Shown: positions 18,154 through 29,976, numbered from the stretch's first letter. The stretch: DNA of 64,000 nt from an uncultured bacterium (GCA_949299395.1 CASGAB010000003.1:137-64136); one strand, 5' to 3'. Numbers and translations are program-made. Notes: generated by a model from the sequence alone, not told the origin.

Positions 18154-20328
18154 ATGAAACGTGTTTTTGAAAAAGAGTTCTTCGGTAAAAAGTTAGTTGT
18201 AGAAACCGGAGAGATAGCAAAACAAGCAGATGGTGCTGTTTTTGTTAGATTAAATGATACTGTTGTTTTATCAACAGCATGCTGTAGTGACGAACCAAAA
18301 GAAGGAGATTTCTTCCCTTTAACAGTCACATACGAAGAAAAACAATATGCAATTGGTAGAATTCCAGGCGGATTCTTAAGAAGAGAAGGAAGACCTGGTG
18401 AACATGCTACTTTAACTGCAAGATTAATCGATCGTCCAATTCGTCCAATGTTTAGCGATGGATTTAGAAATGAAGTTCAAATTATTAATACTGTTATGTC
18501 AGTTGATTTAGATTCAACTCCAGAAATGACAGCTATGTTTGGTTCTTCATTAGCTCTTGGAATTTCAGATATTCCATTTGATGGTCCAATTGCTGGTGTT
18601 TATGTTGGTAGAGTTAATGGACAATTAATAATTGATCCAACAGTTAAAGAAAGAGAAGTTTCAGACCTTAACTTAGCAGTTGCTGGTACAAAAGAAGCAA
18701 TCAACATGGTTGAAGCAGGCGCTAATGAATTAAGTGAAGATGAAATGCTTGATGCAATTATGTTTGGTCATGAAGCAATCAAACAACTTTGTGAATTCCA
18801 AGAAGAAATCATTAGAGAAGTTGGAAAACAAAAAAGAGAAATTGAACTTTATACTCCAGATCAATCAATCGTTGATGATATCTATGGAAGAATTTATGAT
18901 CGTATGATCAAAGCAATTTCTATTTTTGATAAATTAGAAAGACAAAATGCAATTGATGCTTTAAAAAACGAAATCTTAGATGATTATGATAATCATGAAT
19001 ACAAAAAAGAAAAAGAACATAAAGCAGCAATGTTAATGGTCAATGATATTTTAGAAGGTATGGTCGCTAACGAAGTTAGAAGATTAATTACTGAAGAAAA
19101 AATTAGACCAGATGGTAGAAAAATCGATGAAATTCGTCCTTTAGATGCTCAAGTTGATTTATTACCAAGAGTCCATGGCTCTGCAATGTTTACAAGAGGT
19201 CAAACTCAAGTTATTTCTACTTGTACATTAGGCATTAAAGAAGATGAACAAATCTTAGAAAGCTTGTCTCCAGAAGATAGCAAAAGATGGATGCATCACT
19301 ATAATTTCCCACCATTCTCAGTTGGTGAAATCGGTAGAACTGGTACTCCAGGAAGAAGAGAAATTGGTCATGGTGCTTTAGGTGAAAGAGCATTATCATA
19401 CGTTTTACCAAGTGAAGAAGAATTCCCATATACAATTAGATGTGTTGCTGAAGTTTGTGAATCTAATGGTTCATCATCACAAGCATCAATTTGTGCATCA
19501 TGTATGGCTTTAATGGCTGCTGGCGTTCCAATTAAAAGAATGGTTAGTGGTATTGCAATGGGCTTAATTACTTCTGGTCCATTAGATGGTAACCACCCAT
19601 ATACAATACTTACAGATATTCAAGGTTTAGAAGATCACTTCGGTGATATGGACTTTAAAGTTGCTGGTACCGAAAAAGGTGTCACTGCTTTACAAATGGA
19701 TATCAAAATTAAAGGTGTTACAAGAGAAATCTTACATGACGCTTTAATGCAAGCTCATAAAGCAAGAGCAGAAATTAGAGAAGTTATGGCAAGAGCTATT
19801 TCTGAACCAAGAAAAGAATTATCTAAATATGCACCTAAATTCGTTACATTCTTTATCGATAAAGACAAAATTAGAGAAGTTATCGGTACAGGCGGTAAAG
19901 TTATTAACGAAATTATTGAACAATGTAATCAAGTTAAAATTGATATTACTGATGATGGTAAAGTCTCAATTTATCACACAGATGCTGAACAATTATTAAA
20001 AGCAAAAGAAATTATCCTTAATATCGCAAGAGTAGTAGAAATTGGCGAAGAATTCGTTGGAACTGTTACTCGTGTTGAAGATTTCGGTGCTTTCGTTTCA
20101 CTTTATGGTGATAAAGAAGGTTTATGCCACGTCTCAAAATTAGCTAATGGCTATGTTAAGAGCGCTCATGATGTTGTTAGAGTTGGTGAAACTTTAAAAG
20201 TTAAAGTCATTGGTGTTGATGAAAAGGGTAAAATCTCTGTTTCTCATAAAGAATTTGCTCCAAAAGTAGAAGGAGATAATTCTATAAATGGCGGAGATAA
20301 AAAGAAAAAAGGTTTCTTTAGAAAATAA
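18154..20328 (+). CDS. pnp: polyribonucleotide nucleotidyltransferase (ATG 18154 preferred)
   Basis: [36 protein letters not shown] and S1 domains. Confidence 0.98.
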   Translation: MKRVFEKEFFGKKLVVETGEIAKQADGAVFVRLNDTVVLSTACCSDEPKEGDFFPLTVTYEEKQYAIGRIPGGFLRREGRPGEHATLTARLIDRPIRPMFSDGFRNEVQIINTVMSVDLDSTPEMTAMFGSSLALGISDIPFDGPIAGVYVGRVNGQLIIDPTVKEREVSDLNLAVAGTKEAINMVEAGANELSEDEMLDAIMFGHEAIKQLCEFQEEIIREVGKQKREIELYTPDQSIVDDIYGRIYDRMIKAISIFDKLERQNAIDALKNEILDDYDNHEYKKEKEHKAAMLMVNDILEGMVANEVRRLITEEKIRPDGRKIDEIRPLDAQVDLLPRVHGSAMFTRGQTQVISTCTLGIKEDEQILESLSPEDSKRWMHHYNFPPFSVGEIGRTGTPGRREIGHGALGERALSYVLPSEEEFPYTIRCVAEVCESNGSSSQASICASCMALMAAGVPIKRMVSGIAMGLITSGPLDGNHPYTILTDIQGLEDHFGDMDFKVAGTEKGVTALQMDIKIKGVTREILHDALMQAHKARAEIREVMARAISEPRKELSKYAPKFVTFFIDKDKIREVIGTGGKVINEIIEQCNQVKIDITDDGKVSIYHTDAEQLLKAKEIILNIARVVEIGEEFVGTVTRVEDFGAFVSLYGDKEGLCHVSKLANGYVKSAHDVVRVGETLKVKVIGVDEKGKISVSHKEFAPKVEGDNSINGGDKKKKGFFRK

Positions 20329-20349
20329 TTATTTTAAAAATTATTGATT

Positions 20350-20898
20350 ATGCTACATTTAATAGTTTCAGATATTCATGGAGCTAAATCATCAGCAGAA
20401 AAAATTGTTTTATTAGATAATAAGTACAATTTTAGTAATATTTTAGTATTAGGAGATGTCAACTATAACGGAGCTAGAAACGTTCCACCGGTTGATTATT
20501 CTCCTATTGATGTTACTAAAATTTTAAAATCGATCGTTTCTAAATGTATTTTTGTTAGAGGAAACTGCGATTCAAGAGTTGATGAATTTGTTTTAGAAAA
20601 AGAATTTTATGATCTTAAAAAAATGAAAATTAATGGTCATAATTTTGTTTTAACCCATGGTGATTTATTTAATAAAGGCAATTATAAAATTAAGAAAAAT
20701 ACAATATTTTTATATGGTCACACCCATATTTATGAATTAACAAAACTAGATAATAATCGTTTTGTTTTTAATCCTGGTTCAATTTCACTACCAAAAAATA
20801 ACAATCCTCGCACTTATTTAATTTTTGATGATGAAAAAGAAACATTTTCTTTATATAATATAGATGACGTTTTAGTTGATACATTATCAATGAAATAG
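20350..20898 (+). CDS. YfcE/MJ0936-family metallophosphodiesterase
   Basis: SDIHG, LGD, RGNCD, THG, GHTH and NPGSISLPK. Confidence 0.9.
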   Translation: MLHLIVSDIHGAKSSAEKIVLLDNKYNFSNILVLGDVNYNGARNVPPVDYSPIDVTKILKSIVSKCIFVRGNCDSRVDEFVLEKEFYDLKKMKINGHNFVLTHGDLFNKGNYKIKKNTIFLYGHTHIYELTKLDNNRFVFNPGSISLPKNNNPRTYLIFDDEKETFSLYNIDDVLVDTLSMK

Positions 20899-20930
20899 CT
20901 CATAATTTATTTAAAAATAAAGGAGTTTTA

Positions 20931-22622
20931 ATGGACAAAATTAAGATTTTGGCTTTAGGCGGATTAGATGAAGATGGTAAAGATCTTTATGTAATCGAGA
21001 TCAATAAAGATATTTTTGTTGTTGGGGGAGGATTTAAATATCCTTCAAAAACTACACCTGGAATCGATTTTATTATCGCTGATTTTTCATATTTAGTTGA
21101 AAATAAAGACCGCGTTAAAGCTTTTATTCTTCCTAAAGGAAAGAAAAATAATTATGGCGCAATCCCATATATTTATAAAGAAGTTCAAGCCCCAATTTAT
21201 TGTACTGCCCTTACAAAACTCTTTTTAGAAAACTTTTCTAAAGAATATTTACAAGAAAATGATTATGAATTCCATACAATTGAACTTCCTGCAACTTTAG
21301 AAATTGCAGGGCACAAGTTCCAATTTTTCTCAACCTGTGCTTCAGTTCCTTCAACATTTGGTTTTGCAATTAAAACAAATTTAGGAAATATCGTATATTC
21401 TGGTGATTTTATCGTTGAATATTCTAATGAAGCATCCTTTAGATTAGATTTAAATACATTAGGTAAAATTGCAGAAAATCCTACTTTAATTTTATTAAGT
21501 GAATCAGTTAATTCTCTTAAAAAAGGATATTGTTCACCAAATCATCGATTATATCCTCGTTTAGTTAATTATTTACATAATGCTGAAGGAAGAGTATTTA
21601 TCGCTGCAAATAGCGATAATTTATATCATATCGATGAAATTTTTAAAGCTTGTAATGAATGTCATCGTAAGATTTATCTTTATGATGAAACTTCAGCGGA
21701 ACTTTTTAAACTTCAAAAGATTAAAGATTTAAATCGTTATCCATCTAAAGACATTGTTTCTAAAGATGATGTTTTAAGAGTAAAAGATTCTTCACTTGTT
21801 ATTTTAATGAGTGATGAAAGTGAAAAAATATACGATAAAGTCTCACTTTTAGCTAATAATGAAAACGATGATAAGATTATTTCTTTAAAAGAAAGTGATA
21901 CTTTCTATTTAGCAGCAATTCCTTCAGATAATAATGAAATTATTGCTACTGAAACAATTGATGAATTATATAAAAGTGGATGTCATGTCCATTATGAAAC
22001 TAAGTCAACTTTAAATAAAATGCATGCTTATGAAGAAGATTTAAAGATGCTTATTTCACTTTTAAAACCAAAATATTATTTTCCAATTGAAGGATATTAT
22101 GTTTCTCTTTTAGCAAATGCAAAACTTGCTTTTGATATGGGAATTGGTTTATCACATTCTTCTATTTTCCTTCTTGATAATGGTCAAACATTAGTTTTTG
22201 AAACTGATAAAACTCCATCATTAGATTTTAATTATGATAATAAAATTATGATTGGAGATGTTATGATCGATGGAATTGGAGTAGGGGATGTTGTTAATGA
22301 AATTATTTCTGATCGAAATAGATTAGGCGAAGATGGAGTAGTTGTTTTAGGTTGTGCAATCTCAAAAAGCGAAAGAGATATTTTAGCAGGACCAGATATT
22401 CAAATGAGAGGATTCTTATTTTTAAAAGATAAAGATGCTGATCAAATGTTAAAAGATATTCAAAATATCTTTGTTTTAAATGTTAAAGAACGGCTTAAAG
22501 AAACAACTAATTTTGATGTTAATGAACTTGAAGATCGAATTGTTAGTATTATTAGAAAAATGCTTTTAAAAGATAATAATCGAAATCCAGTTGTTAAACC
22601 TAATATTGTTATTATTGAATAG
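20931..22622 (+). CDS. rnjB: RNase J-family protein (J2-like, metal-binding motif lost)
   Basis: ALGGLDEDGK, SGDF, KPKYYFPIEG, IDGIGVGDV and GPDIQMRGF; lies between pnp and ftsK like rnjB; HxHxDH replaced by KGKKNN. Confidence 0.8.
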   Translation: MDKIKILALGGLDEDGKDLYVIEINKDIFVVGGGFKYPSKTTPGIDFIIADFSYLVENKDRVKAFILPKGKKNNYGAIPYIYKEVQAPIYCTALTKLFLENFSKEYLQENDYEFHTIELPATLEIAGHKFQFFSTCASVPSTFGFAIKTNLGNIVYSGDFIVEYSNEASFRLDLNTLGKIAENPTLILLSESVNSLKKGYCSPNHRLYPRLVNYLHNAEGRVFIAANSDNLYHIDEIFKACNECHRKIYLYDETSAELFKLQKIKDLNRYPSKDIVSKDDVLRVKDSSLVILMSDESEKIYDKVSLLANNENDDKIISLKESDTFYLAAIPSDNNEIIATETIDELYKSGCHVHYETKSTLNKMHAYEEDLKMLISLLKPKYYFPIEGYYVSLLANAKLAFDMGIGLSHSSIFLLDNGQTLVFETDKTPSLDFNYDNKIMIGDVMIDGIGVGDVVNEIISDRNRLGEDGVVVLGCAISKSERDILAGPDIQMRGFLFLKDKDADQMLKDIQNIFVLNVKERLKETTNFDVNELEDRIVSIIRKMLLKDNNRNPVVKPNIVIIE

Positions 22623-22647
22623 AATTATAAATTTAATAAAAATAAGT

Positions 22648-22678
22648 AAAATTCCATCATAAACGATGGAATTTTTTT
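22648..22678 (+). terminator. rnj terminator
   Basis: AAAATTCCATC-ATAAAC-GATGGAATTTT followed by a T run. Confidence 0.8.
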
Positions 22679-22702
22679 AATATTATAATTATAATATTAA
22701 CT

Positions 22703-25417
22703 ATGATTAATAAAGAAAAAGTTAATAAAATTAGTAACGAAACTGCTAAAAGTAGTATCGGTGTTTTTATATGTTTATTTGCAATATTTTTATCGCTTAA
22801 TTTAGCTCCTGTTTCAAAATGGGATATTTTTATTTATATAGCAAGATCAATCAATTGGATTATTTCATTTTTTGTAGGTGGAATATTTTCTTATATCATC
22901 TACTTTTTACTCTTTTTATTTGGTTTAAGCTTAATAATTTATCATCCTTTAAAAAAGAAAATAAGATTAGGACTTTTTATTAGTGGAGTTATTTTATTTT
23001 CGCTTGGTGGAATGATGCTTTTAAGTAATGGTATTAATTTATCGTTTTTAGAAGATGGCACTGCTTCATATTTAACTTTTGGTAATTTTTGCGATGTTTT
23101 ACTTAATAAAGTTGTTTTAACTGATGAATATTTTAGAATCAATATTACTGAAAATACTGGAATTATCGGTTTACTTTTAGTTGCAATTTTTAATGATTTT
23201 TTAACTTACGTTGGATCTTATGCAATTGGTTCAATTCTTTTTGTTGCTGGAACAGTTTTACTTTTAATCCGCCCAGTAATGTATTTAATTAAAAAGTTTA
23301 ATGAATATCGTAATTTCAATTATCAATATTCTCCAAAAAGTGCTTTTACTAAAGCAAAAGATATTACTTTAACAACAACCACAATTGATACTTTAGAAGA
23401 TGGCGATGATACAAATATTGAAGTAACTCAAGAAAAGAGTGTTACACCTTCTTTTATTGAAGAAGAAAAAGATGTTAAAAAAGAAATTTCTAAAGAAGAA
23501 TATTTACAAAGAATTGAAAATGAAAGAAGAGCTCAAGCTAGATTTAATGAACCTTCTAAACCAGAAGAACAATATTATGCTGGAGATCATTTTGAAGATA
23601 AGCCTTTAACAAGAGCTCATTTTGATGAAGAAGAAACTTTTGCCGATAAAGTTAGTTTTAATAAACCTTTAGCTTCACGACCTCAAAATAATTTTAATAA
23701 TGATGTTTATAAAGATCTTTATGAAGAACCATTAGTTCATGAAGCAACATTTAATAATGAAGAAGTAGCTCCAAAACCTATTTCAAATTATGATGTTCCA
23801 AAAGATGATGTTGCTGTTAAACCTACCTTTGGCTATATGGATGATTTAAATAAAGAAAATCAAATGAATGCTCCAAAAGCAAAACCAAGAAGAAAAATTA
23901 AGTATCAAGCACCTTCTTTAAGTTTGCTTGAAGATAGAACAACTCATGAGACTGATCAAAAAAATAAAGAAGTTGCTGAAGAAAGAAGTGATACAATCAA
24001 CCAAGTTTTAACTGATTTAGGAGTTAAAGCTAGAGTTGTTTCTTATAAAATCGGACCTTCTGTTACTCGTTATGATATTCAAACAGAAAGAAGCGAATCA
24101 ATTAAAGGGTTTGATTCATATATTAATGATATTTGTATTAGACTTGGTGGAGTTAATGCTCGTTTTTCGCCTATTGTTTTAGGAAAAACTACATCTGGTT
24201 TAGAAATTGCTAATGCTGTTTGTTCAATCGTTAATTTTAAAGATTGTTTACATAGTTTAAATCGTTTACCAAAAACAAAACCAACAAATATTCCTTTTGG
24301 TAAAGATATTAATAACGAACTTTTAACTGTTGATCTTCAAGAAACTCCACATTTACTTGTTAGTGGTACAACAGGTTCAGGTAAATCAATTTTTGTTCAC
24401 TCTTTAATCATGACTTTAATCATGAGAAATTCGCCTGAAAATTTAAAATTATTATTAATCGATCCTAAAACTGTTGAATTTAATAAATATCGTGAAATTC
24501 CACATTTATTATGTCCTCCGGTTGGAATTGATGATCCTCAAAGACCATATGAAGTCTTGCTTAAGATTTGCGATATGATGGAAGAAAGATACAATCTTTT
24601 TGCTGAAACAGATTGTTCAAAATTAAAAGAATATAATGAATGGGCTATTGCTCATGGAAAAGAGCCTTTACCAGTTATTGTCGTAGTTGTTGATGAATAT
24701 GCTGATTTAGTTGAATCTAATAAACGTATTAGTGAACCAGTCGTTAGAATTGGTCAAAAAGCTAGAGCTGCTGGAATTCATATGATTATTGCAACACAAA
24801 GACCATCAGTTAATGTTATTAATGGTGTTATTAAAGCAAATATTCCTTCAAGAGTTGCCTTACTTTCATCTTCATACACTGATTCAAATACTATTGTTGA
24901 TCAAGGTGGTGCTGAAAAATTAATCGGTAATGGTGATATGCTCATCAAATGCGCATTATTATCAAATACTTTCCTTATCCGTTGCCAAGGTGCTTATGTT
25001 TCTAATCAAGAAATTAAAGCAGTTTGTGATTATTTAAGAAATAATTATGATACCCAATATAATGAAGAAATCATGGATATTATCAATAAACCAGTAACTG
25101 AAGATCCAAATTTAATGGAAGCAAGCAAAGAATCACGCTTTGGAAGTGATGAAGATATTTATCAAGAAGTTAAAAAATGGGCGATGAGTGAAGAATATAT
25201 TTCAATGAGTAAAATTCAAACTACATTCTCAATTGGATTTAATAGAGCTTCTAGAATATTCAAACGTTTACAAAGAGAAGGAGTTGTTAGTAGTGATCCA
25301 GCAACTAATTCATCTAAAGGTAGTAAAGTTTTAATCCATAACTTTGATTATGCTGCTAGTAAACAAGAATATAATCATGGAAGTTATGATCAATCTACAG
25401 TAAAAAAGATTAACTAG
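22703..25417 (+). CDS. ftsK: FtsK/SpoIIIE DNA translocase
   Basis: N-terminal TMs, PHLLVSGTTGSGKS, LIDPK, VVDEYADL, ATQRPS and a gamma domain (IGFNRA). Confidence 0.97.
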   Translation: MINKEKVNKISNETAKSSIGVFICLFAIFLSLNLAPVSKWDIFIYIARSINWIISFFVGGIFSYIIYFLLFLFGLSLIIYHPLKKKIRLGLFISGVILFSLGGMMLLSNGINLSFLEDGTASYLTFGNFCDVLLNKVVLTDEYFRINITENTGIIGLLLVAIFNDFLTYVGSYAIGSILFVAGTVLLLIRPVMYLIKKFNEYRNFNYQYSPKSAFTKAKDITLTTTTIDTLEDGDDTNIEVTQEKSVTPSFIEEEKDVKKEISKEEYLQRIENERRAQARFNEPSKPEEQYYAGDHFEDKPLTRAHFDEEETFADKVSFNKPLASRPQNNFNNDVYKDLYEEPLVHEATFNNEEVAPKPISNYDVPKDDVAVKPTFGYMDDLNKENQMNAPKAKPRRKIKYQAPSLSLLEDRTTHETDQKNKEVAEERSDTINQVLTDLGVKARVVSYKIGPSVTRYDIQTERSESIKGFDSYINDICIRLGGVNARFSPIVLGKTTSGLEIANAVCSIVNFKDCLHSLNRLPKTKPTNIPFGKDINNELLTVDLQETPHLLVSGTTGSGKSIFVHSLIMTLIMRNSPENLKLLLIDPKTVEFNKYREIPHLLCPPVGIDDPQRPYEVLLKICDMMEERYNLFAETDCSKLKEYNEWAIAHGKEPLPVIVVVVDEYADLVESNKRISEPVVRIGQKARAAGIHMIIATQRPSVNVINGVIKANIPSRVALLSSSYTDSNTIVDQGGAEKLIGNGDMLIKCALLSNTFLIRCQGAYVSNQEIKAVCDYLRNNYDTQYNEEIMDIINKPVTEDPNLMEASKESRFGSDEDIYQEVKKWAMSEEYISMSKIQTTFSIGFNRASRIFKRLQREGVVSSDPATNSSKGSKVLIHNFDYAASKQEYNHGSYDQSTVKKIN

Positions 25418-25428
25418 ACATTTTAATT

Positions 25429-25740
25429 ATGCCTATAGGAATTGATTTAACATATATACCTCGATTCAAAAATAAAGAAAACTTAGCTAAAAAAGTTTTA
25501 AATGATGAAGAATTAAAGCTTTATTATGAAGCAAAAAATAAAGAAGAATTTTTAGCTTCTCGCTTTGCTTTAAAAGAAGCCTTGATTAAATATTTAGAAT
25601 TAGATATATTAGCCATTGATTTGAAAGATATAAAAGTAAAAAAGAAAGAAAATGGAGCAATCTATGTTCTTTATAAAGATAAAATATATGATGCTTCGTT
25701 ATCTCATGAAAATGATTATTGTGTGGGGGTCGTAGTTTAA
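25429..25740 (+). CDS. acpS: holo-ACP synthase (4'-phosphopantetheinyl transferase)
   Basis: IGIDL, FLASRFALKEA and SLSHE. Confidence 0.9.
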   Translation: MPIGIDLTYIPRFKNKENLAKKVLNDEELKLYYEAKNKEEFLASRFALKEALIKYLELDILAIDLKDIKVKKKENGAIYVLYKDKIYDASLSHENDYCVGVVV

Positions 25741-25741
25741 A

Positions 25742-27883
25742 ATGATTGATAACTATTTTGGAGCTAATTTAATTGATAAAAATACTATAAAAGTTGCATT
25801 ATTTTCTTCGGTTCAAAAAAATGATTCTGCTCCTATTAACTTAATTATTAACGATGAAAGAGTAGTTAAATTAGAAATCAAAAAACAAGTATTTTTAAAT
25901 GGAATTTCCATGTATACTTGCTTTTTTAATGAAGGATTTAAATTAGGAAATTCTTATAAAGTTAGTATTGAAAACTATGGTGTTGCACCATTATCTGTTA
26001 TTGAAGCTTTAGATTTTCCTTCTTTTGATGATGATTATTATTATCCTAATGATGACTTAGGTGTTACTTATACAACTGAAAAAACAACTTTTAAAATTTG
26101 GGCTCCTCTTGCTTCAAAAGTAGAGGTTTTAATTAGAAAAGATTTTGACAGTAAATATGAAGGTCATTATTTAAAAAGAGAAGATAAAGGTGTTTTCTCT
26201 TTAACTTTAGATGGTGATTATGAAGGATATCATTATATTTATTCAGTTACAAATAATGAAATTTCTGCTTTTACAACTGATCCATATGGAAAAGCATCTG
26301 TTGCTAATGGAAAAGAAAATGTAATTATTGATTTTTCTAAAACAAAAATCGATATGCACGAAGATAAATTACCAACCTATAAATCTTATTTAGATACAAT
26401 TATTTATGAACTTAATGTTAGAGATTATACAATCGATGAACACACTAATATCGAAAATAAAGGCAAATATTTAGGATTAACAGAAACCGGTAAAGTTACT
26501 AAATGTGGTCATAAAGCAGGTATTGATCATATTGAAGAACTTGGTGTTACTCATGTTCAAATTTTACCTATGTATGATTTTAAAACTATCGATGAATTAC
26601 ATCCTTTAGATTCATATAACTGGGGTTATGATCCTCAACAATATTTTGTACCAGAAGGAAGTTATTCTTCTGATCCAAATGATCCATATGCTCGAATTAT
26701 CGAATGTAAAAAAATGATCGCTGCATTCCACGAAAAGGGAATCAAAGTCAATATGGACGTTGTTTATAATCACGTTTATGAAGGATTATATTCAGCTTTC
26801 GAAAAAGTAGTTCCAGGTTATTATTTTAGAAAGAGAAAAGACGGAACTTTATGTAATGGAACAGGATGTGGCAACGATGTTGATAGTGAAAGACCAATGG
26901 TTAGAAAATTAATCACTGATTGCTGCAAATTCTGGACTGAAGAATACGGAATTGATGGCTTAAGATTCGATTTAATGGGGATTTTAGATGTCAAAACTAT
27001 TTTAAGAGTTAATAAAATTTGCCGCGAAATTAAACCTGACTTCATGGTTTATGGTGAAGGTTGGGATATGAATACAGAATTAAAGAGCGATAAAAAAGCT
27101 TCAATTTTAAATTCATTTAAAATGGAAGATATTGCTTTCTTTAATGATACATATCGTGATACCTTAAAAGGACCAAACGGAACCGATAAACTTAAAAGTG
27201 GTGGATATTTTACAGGCAATCCATCATATGTTGAAGGCTTTAAATTTGTATTCCTTTCTTCATCAGTTAATTTTGTTTATCCAGCAAGATTTATTAATGC
27301 TGCTCAATCAGTTAACTATGTAGAATGTCATGATAACTTCACGCTTTTTGATAAAGTTTCATCAATTTATGGAAAAGATGAAGAGAAGAAAGTTTTAGAT
27401 ATTATTAAACAAATTAATGGTACTATTTTACTTTCATTCGGTATTCCATTTTTCCATGCTGGTCAAGAAGTTGGTTTAACAAAATATTATGAAGATAACA
27501 CCTATAATATGGGTGATAAATATAATAAATTTAGATGGGATACATTAGATGCTAGATTTGATATGGTTACATATTTAAAATCGATGATTTATTTTAGAAA
27601 AAATATCTTCAAAATTAATGAAGAAAATCCTGAAAAAATTGGTAAAATGAATACCTTCTCAATTACAGATGGTGAACTTTTATCTGCAAAAATTAAATCA
27701 TTAGATAATAAAGAATATATCATTTGTTTTAACCCAACCGATGTTAGAAAAACAGTGATTTTAGACGATTATTATCTTTTAGTTTGTGGACAAGCTGGTT
27801 ATTTAAAAGGAAGCGATGTCCGTATTAAAACTTTACCAATTGAACCTCATTGTATTGCTGTTTATTTAAAAGAAGAGATTTAA
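25742..27883 (+). CDS. pulA: type I pullulanase (GH13), no signal peptide seen
   Basis: YNWGYDP, MDVVYNH, DGLRFDLMG, YGEGW and YVECHDN. Confidence 0.95.
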   Translation: MIDNYFGANLIDKNTIKVALFSSVQKNDSAPINLIINDERVVKLEIKKQVFLNGISMYTCFFNEGFKLGNSYKVSIENYGVAPLSVIEALDFPSFDDDYYYPNDDLGVTYTTEKTTFKIWAPLASKVEVLIRKDFDSKYEGHYLKREDKGVFSLTLDGDYEGYHYIYSVTNNEISAFTTDPYGKASVANGKENVIIDFSKTKIDMHEDKLPTYKSYLDTIIYELNVRDYTIDEHTNIENKGKYLGLTETGKVTKCGHKAGIDHIEELGVTHVQILPMYDFKTIDELHPLDSYNWGYDPQQYFVPEGSYSSDPNDPYARIIECKKMIAAFHEKGIKVNMDVVYNHVYEGLYSAFEKVVPGYYFRKRKDGTLCNGTGCGNDVDSERPMVRKLITDCCKFWTEEYGIDGLRFDLMGILDVKTILRVNKICREIKPDFMVYGEGWDMNTELKSDKKASILNSFKMEDIAFFNDTYRDTLKGPNGTDKLKSGGYFTGNPSYVEGFKFVFLSSSVNFVYPARFINAAQSVNYVECHDNFTLFDKVSSIYGKDEEKKVLDIIKQINGTILLSFGIPFFHAGQEVGLTKYYEDNTYNMGDKYNKFRWDTLDARFDMVTYLKSMIYFRKNIFKINEENPEKIGKMNTFSITDGELLSAKIKSLDNKEYIICFNPTDVRKTVILDDYYLLVCGQAGYLKGSDVRIKTLPIEPHCIAVYLKEEI

Positions 27884-27887
27884 AAAA

Positions 27888-28640
27888 ATGTGGAAATATT
27901 TTAAAGTTGTTATAAAAGTAATTTTCCCTCTTATTTGGGCATATTTTACATGTCTTTTACCATATTCAATTAATCCTACAAAAAGAATTTTAGAGTTAAG
28001 ATTTCATAAGGTGCAAAAGATTATTCTTAAGATTTTAAAAGCTTTTAATGTTGAACTTCACGCTGAAGATTTAGATGAATTTTATAAAAATAGAAACGAT
28101 AATGAAAATTATCTTTTTGTTTGTAACCATATTAGCGATATGGATCCATTAATCTTTATTGCTTTAGCAAAAAGACCGATAACTTTTGTTGCTAAAATTG
28201 AATCTAAAAAATTCCCATTAATCGGAAGAGCAGTTAAGATTTTAGAAGGCGAATTTATGGATAGAGATGACTTAAAACAAAGTTTAAAAGTTATGAGTAG
28301 AGTCCAGGAAAAATTAGCTGAAGATCGTAAATTAGATGTTATGATTTTTCCTGAAGGAACTCGTAATAAAGGAGATGTTTTTAAGACTTTAGATTATAAA
28401 CACGGTACTTTTAGACCAGCTTATAAAATAAATAGAAACGTTATTGCATTTGCAATTGGTGGAGATAATAAGATTTTAAGTGTTAAAGATAACTCAAAAA
28501 AATATGATGTTTATATTAAACAAGTTGCTTTATATTCTTCGCTTGATTATCAAAATAAAAAGACAACCGATATTGCTATCGATTGTCAAAATAAAACTAA
28601 TGTTGCTTTAATTGAAATTAAAGATAAATTAATGTCTTAA
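27888..28640 (+). CDS. plsC: 1-acyl-sn-glycerol-3-phosphate acyltransferase
   Basis: NHISDMD (HX4D), FVAKIE and FPEGTR. Confidence 0.9.
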   Translation: MWKYFKVVIKVIFPLIWAYFTCLLPYSINPTKRILELRFHKVQKIILKILKAFNVELHAEDLDEFYKNRNDNENYLFVCNHISDMDPLIFIALAKRPITFVAKIESKKFPLIGRAVKILEGEFMDRDDLKQSLKVMSRVQEKLAEDRKLDVMIFPEGTRNKGDVFKTLDYKHGTFRPAYKINRNVIAFAIGGDNKILSVKDNSKKYDVYIKQVALYSSLDYQNKKTTDIAIDCQNKTNVALIEIKDKLMS

Positions 28641-29906
28641 TCCTTTTGGATAAAGATTTTTTAAAATACCTTTAACATATTTAATATAACCTAAATTTAT
28701 TCCTTTAAAAGATACAGTGTAGTATCCATCTTTTATGTTTAAATTTTTAGAGATAGTTTCGCCTTTAAGATATTTTTTCATTTCATCTTCATTTAATTTT
28801 ATTGAATTTTCACTTGATAAATAATGAGCCAAATTAAATGAAGGAATGAAGTAGTCTTTTTTAATTTCAGCGATATTTATTCCATATTTTATCAATGGAA
28901 TCTTTTTATTAAAAAAGTCAAAATTTGATCCATAAAGTTGATTCTTAATCGTTTTGCAATATTTAAAATTTAGATTTAAAGAATCAGCAATTTTATTTTT
29001 TTCTATTTTGTTTTCTTTAACTAAGTTAGCTTTTAATGTTCCTTTCTTTCTTAATTTAGCTATGAATTGACCTTCGCCTTTATAAAACATTGGAAATAAA
29101 TGAACTGTTTCTTTTAACTTTTCATAACGATATTCACCATCAAAATGAGGCAAATCAATTAATTCAATATCGTTTCTTTCTTTTAATAAACGAATAATAT
29201 TTTCTTCATTTTCTTCAAAAGAAAAAGAACAAGTAGAATAAATAAGTTCACCACCACCTTTTAATAAATCAATTGCGCGATTCAAAAGTTTATATTGAGT
29301 TGCTTGACAGGATAAAACTTTTTCATAGGTCCAATCATTTTTCATTTCATCCATTTTTCTAAACATGGCCGAACCACTACAAGGAGCATCTAAAATAATT
29401 TTATCAAATGCATTATTTAAAATATTTGGATCGCTTAAAAAATCAAAATTAATAACAATATTGGTTAATCCTAATTTTTCAACATTACTTGATAAAGTTA
29501 GAGTTCTTGAATGAGAAATATCGTTAGAAACGAGATTAATATCGTTATTTTTTAATGATAAATAAATGGACTTTCCTCCTGGAGCCGCACACATATCTAA
29601 AACTAAATCATTTTTAGAAACATCTAAAAATTCACTTACAAGCATGCTTGAAGCGTCCATTATATAGTAAGCACCATTATCAAAAAGATAGTTTTTTCCG
29701 AATTGATAGATATTTTTATCGTAATAGTAAACGTTATTTAAAAATGGATGTTTTTTAACTTCTGGAAACATTTTTAAAAACTCTTGATTAGATATTTTGT
29801 CGGTGTTTAAAACTAAAGAAGAAGTTCTTTCTTTTTGTAGTTCATCAATTAATTTATCAATCATCTCTTTTGATAAATATTTGGCTAAATGTTCGACAAA
29901 ATCCAT
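28629..29906 (-). CDS. RsmF/NOL1/NOP2/Sun-family RNA m5C methyltransferase (start ATG 29906 or 29912)
   Basis: LDMCAAPGGKS, LDAPCSG, YSTCSF and a C-terminal PUA-like LKNLYPKGLR. Confidence 0.92.
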   Translation of the reverse strand: MDFVEHLAKYLSKEMIDKLIDELQKERTSSLVLNTDKISNQEFLKMFPEVKKHPFLNNVYYYDKNIYQFGKNYLFDNGAYYIMDASSMLVSEFLDVSKNDLVLDMCAAPGGKSIYLSLKNNDINLVSNDISHSRTLTLSSNVEKLGLTNIVINFDFLSDPNILNNAFDKIILDAPCSGSAMFRKMDEMKNDWTYEKVLSCQATQYKLLNRAIDLLKGGGELIYSTCSFSFEENEENIIRLLKERNDIELIDLPHFDGEYRYEKLKETVHLFPMFYKGEGQFIAKLRKKGTLKANLVKENKIEKNKIADSLNLNFKYCKTIKNQLYGSNFDFFNKKIPLIKYGINIAEIKKDYFIPSFNLAHYLSSENSIKLNEDEMKKYLKGETISKNLNIKDGYYTVSFKGINLGYIKYVKGILKNLYPKGLRH

Positions 29907-29976
29907 CTTCATAATTATACAAAAATTGATACAAAACGGATATTTTTTTATCTATAATATTAATGGAGATTAATTT

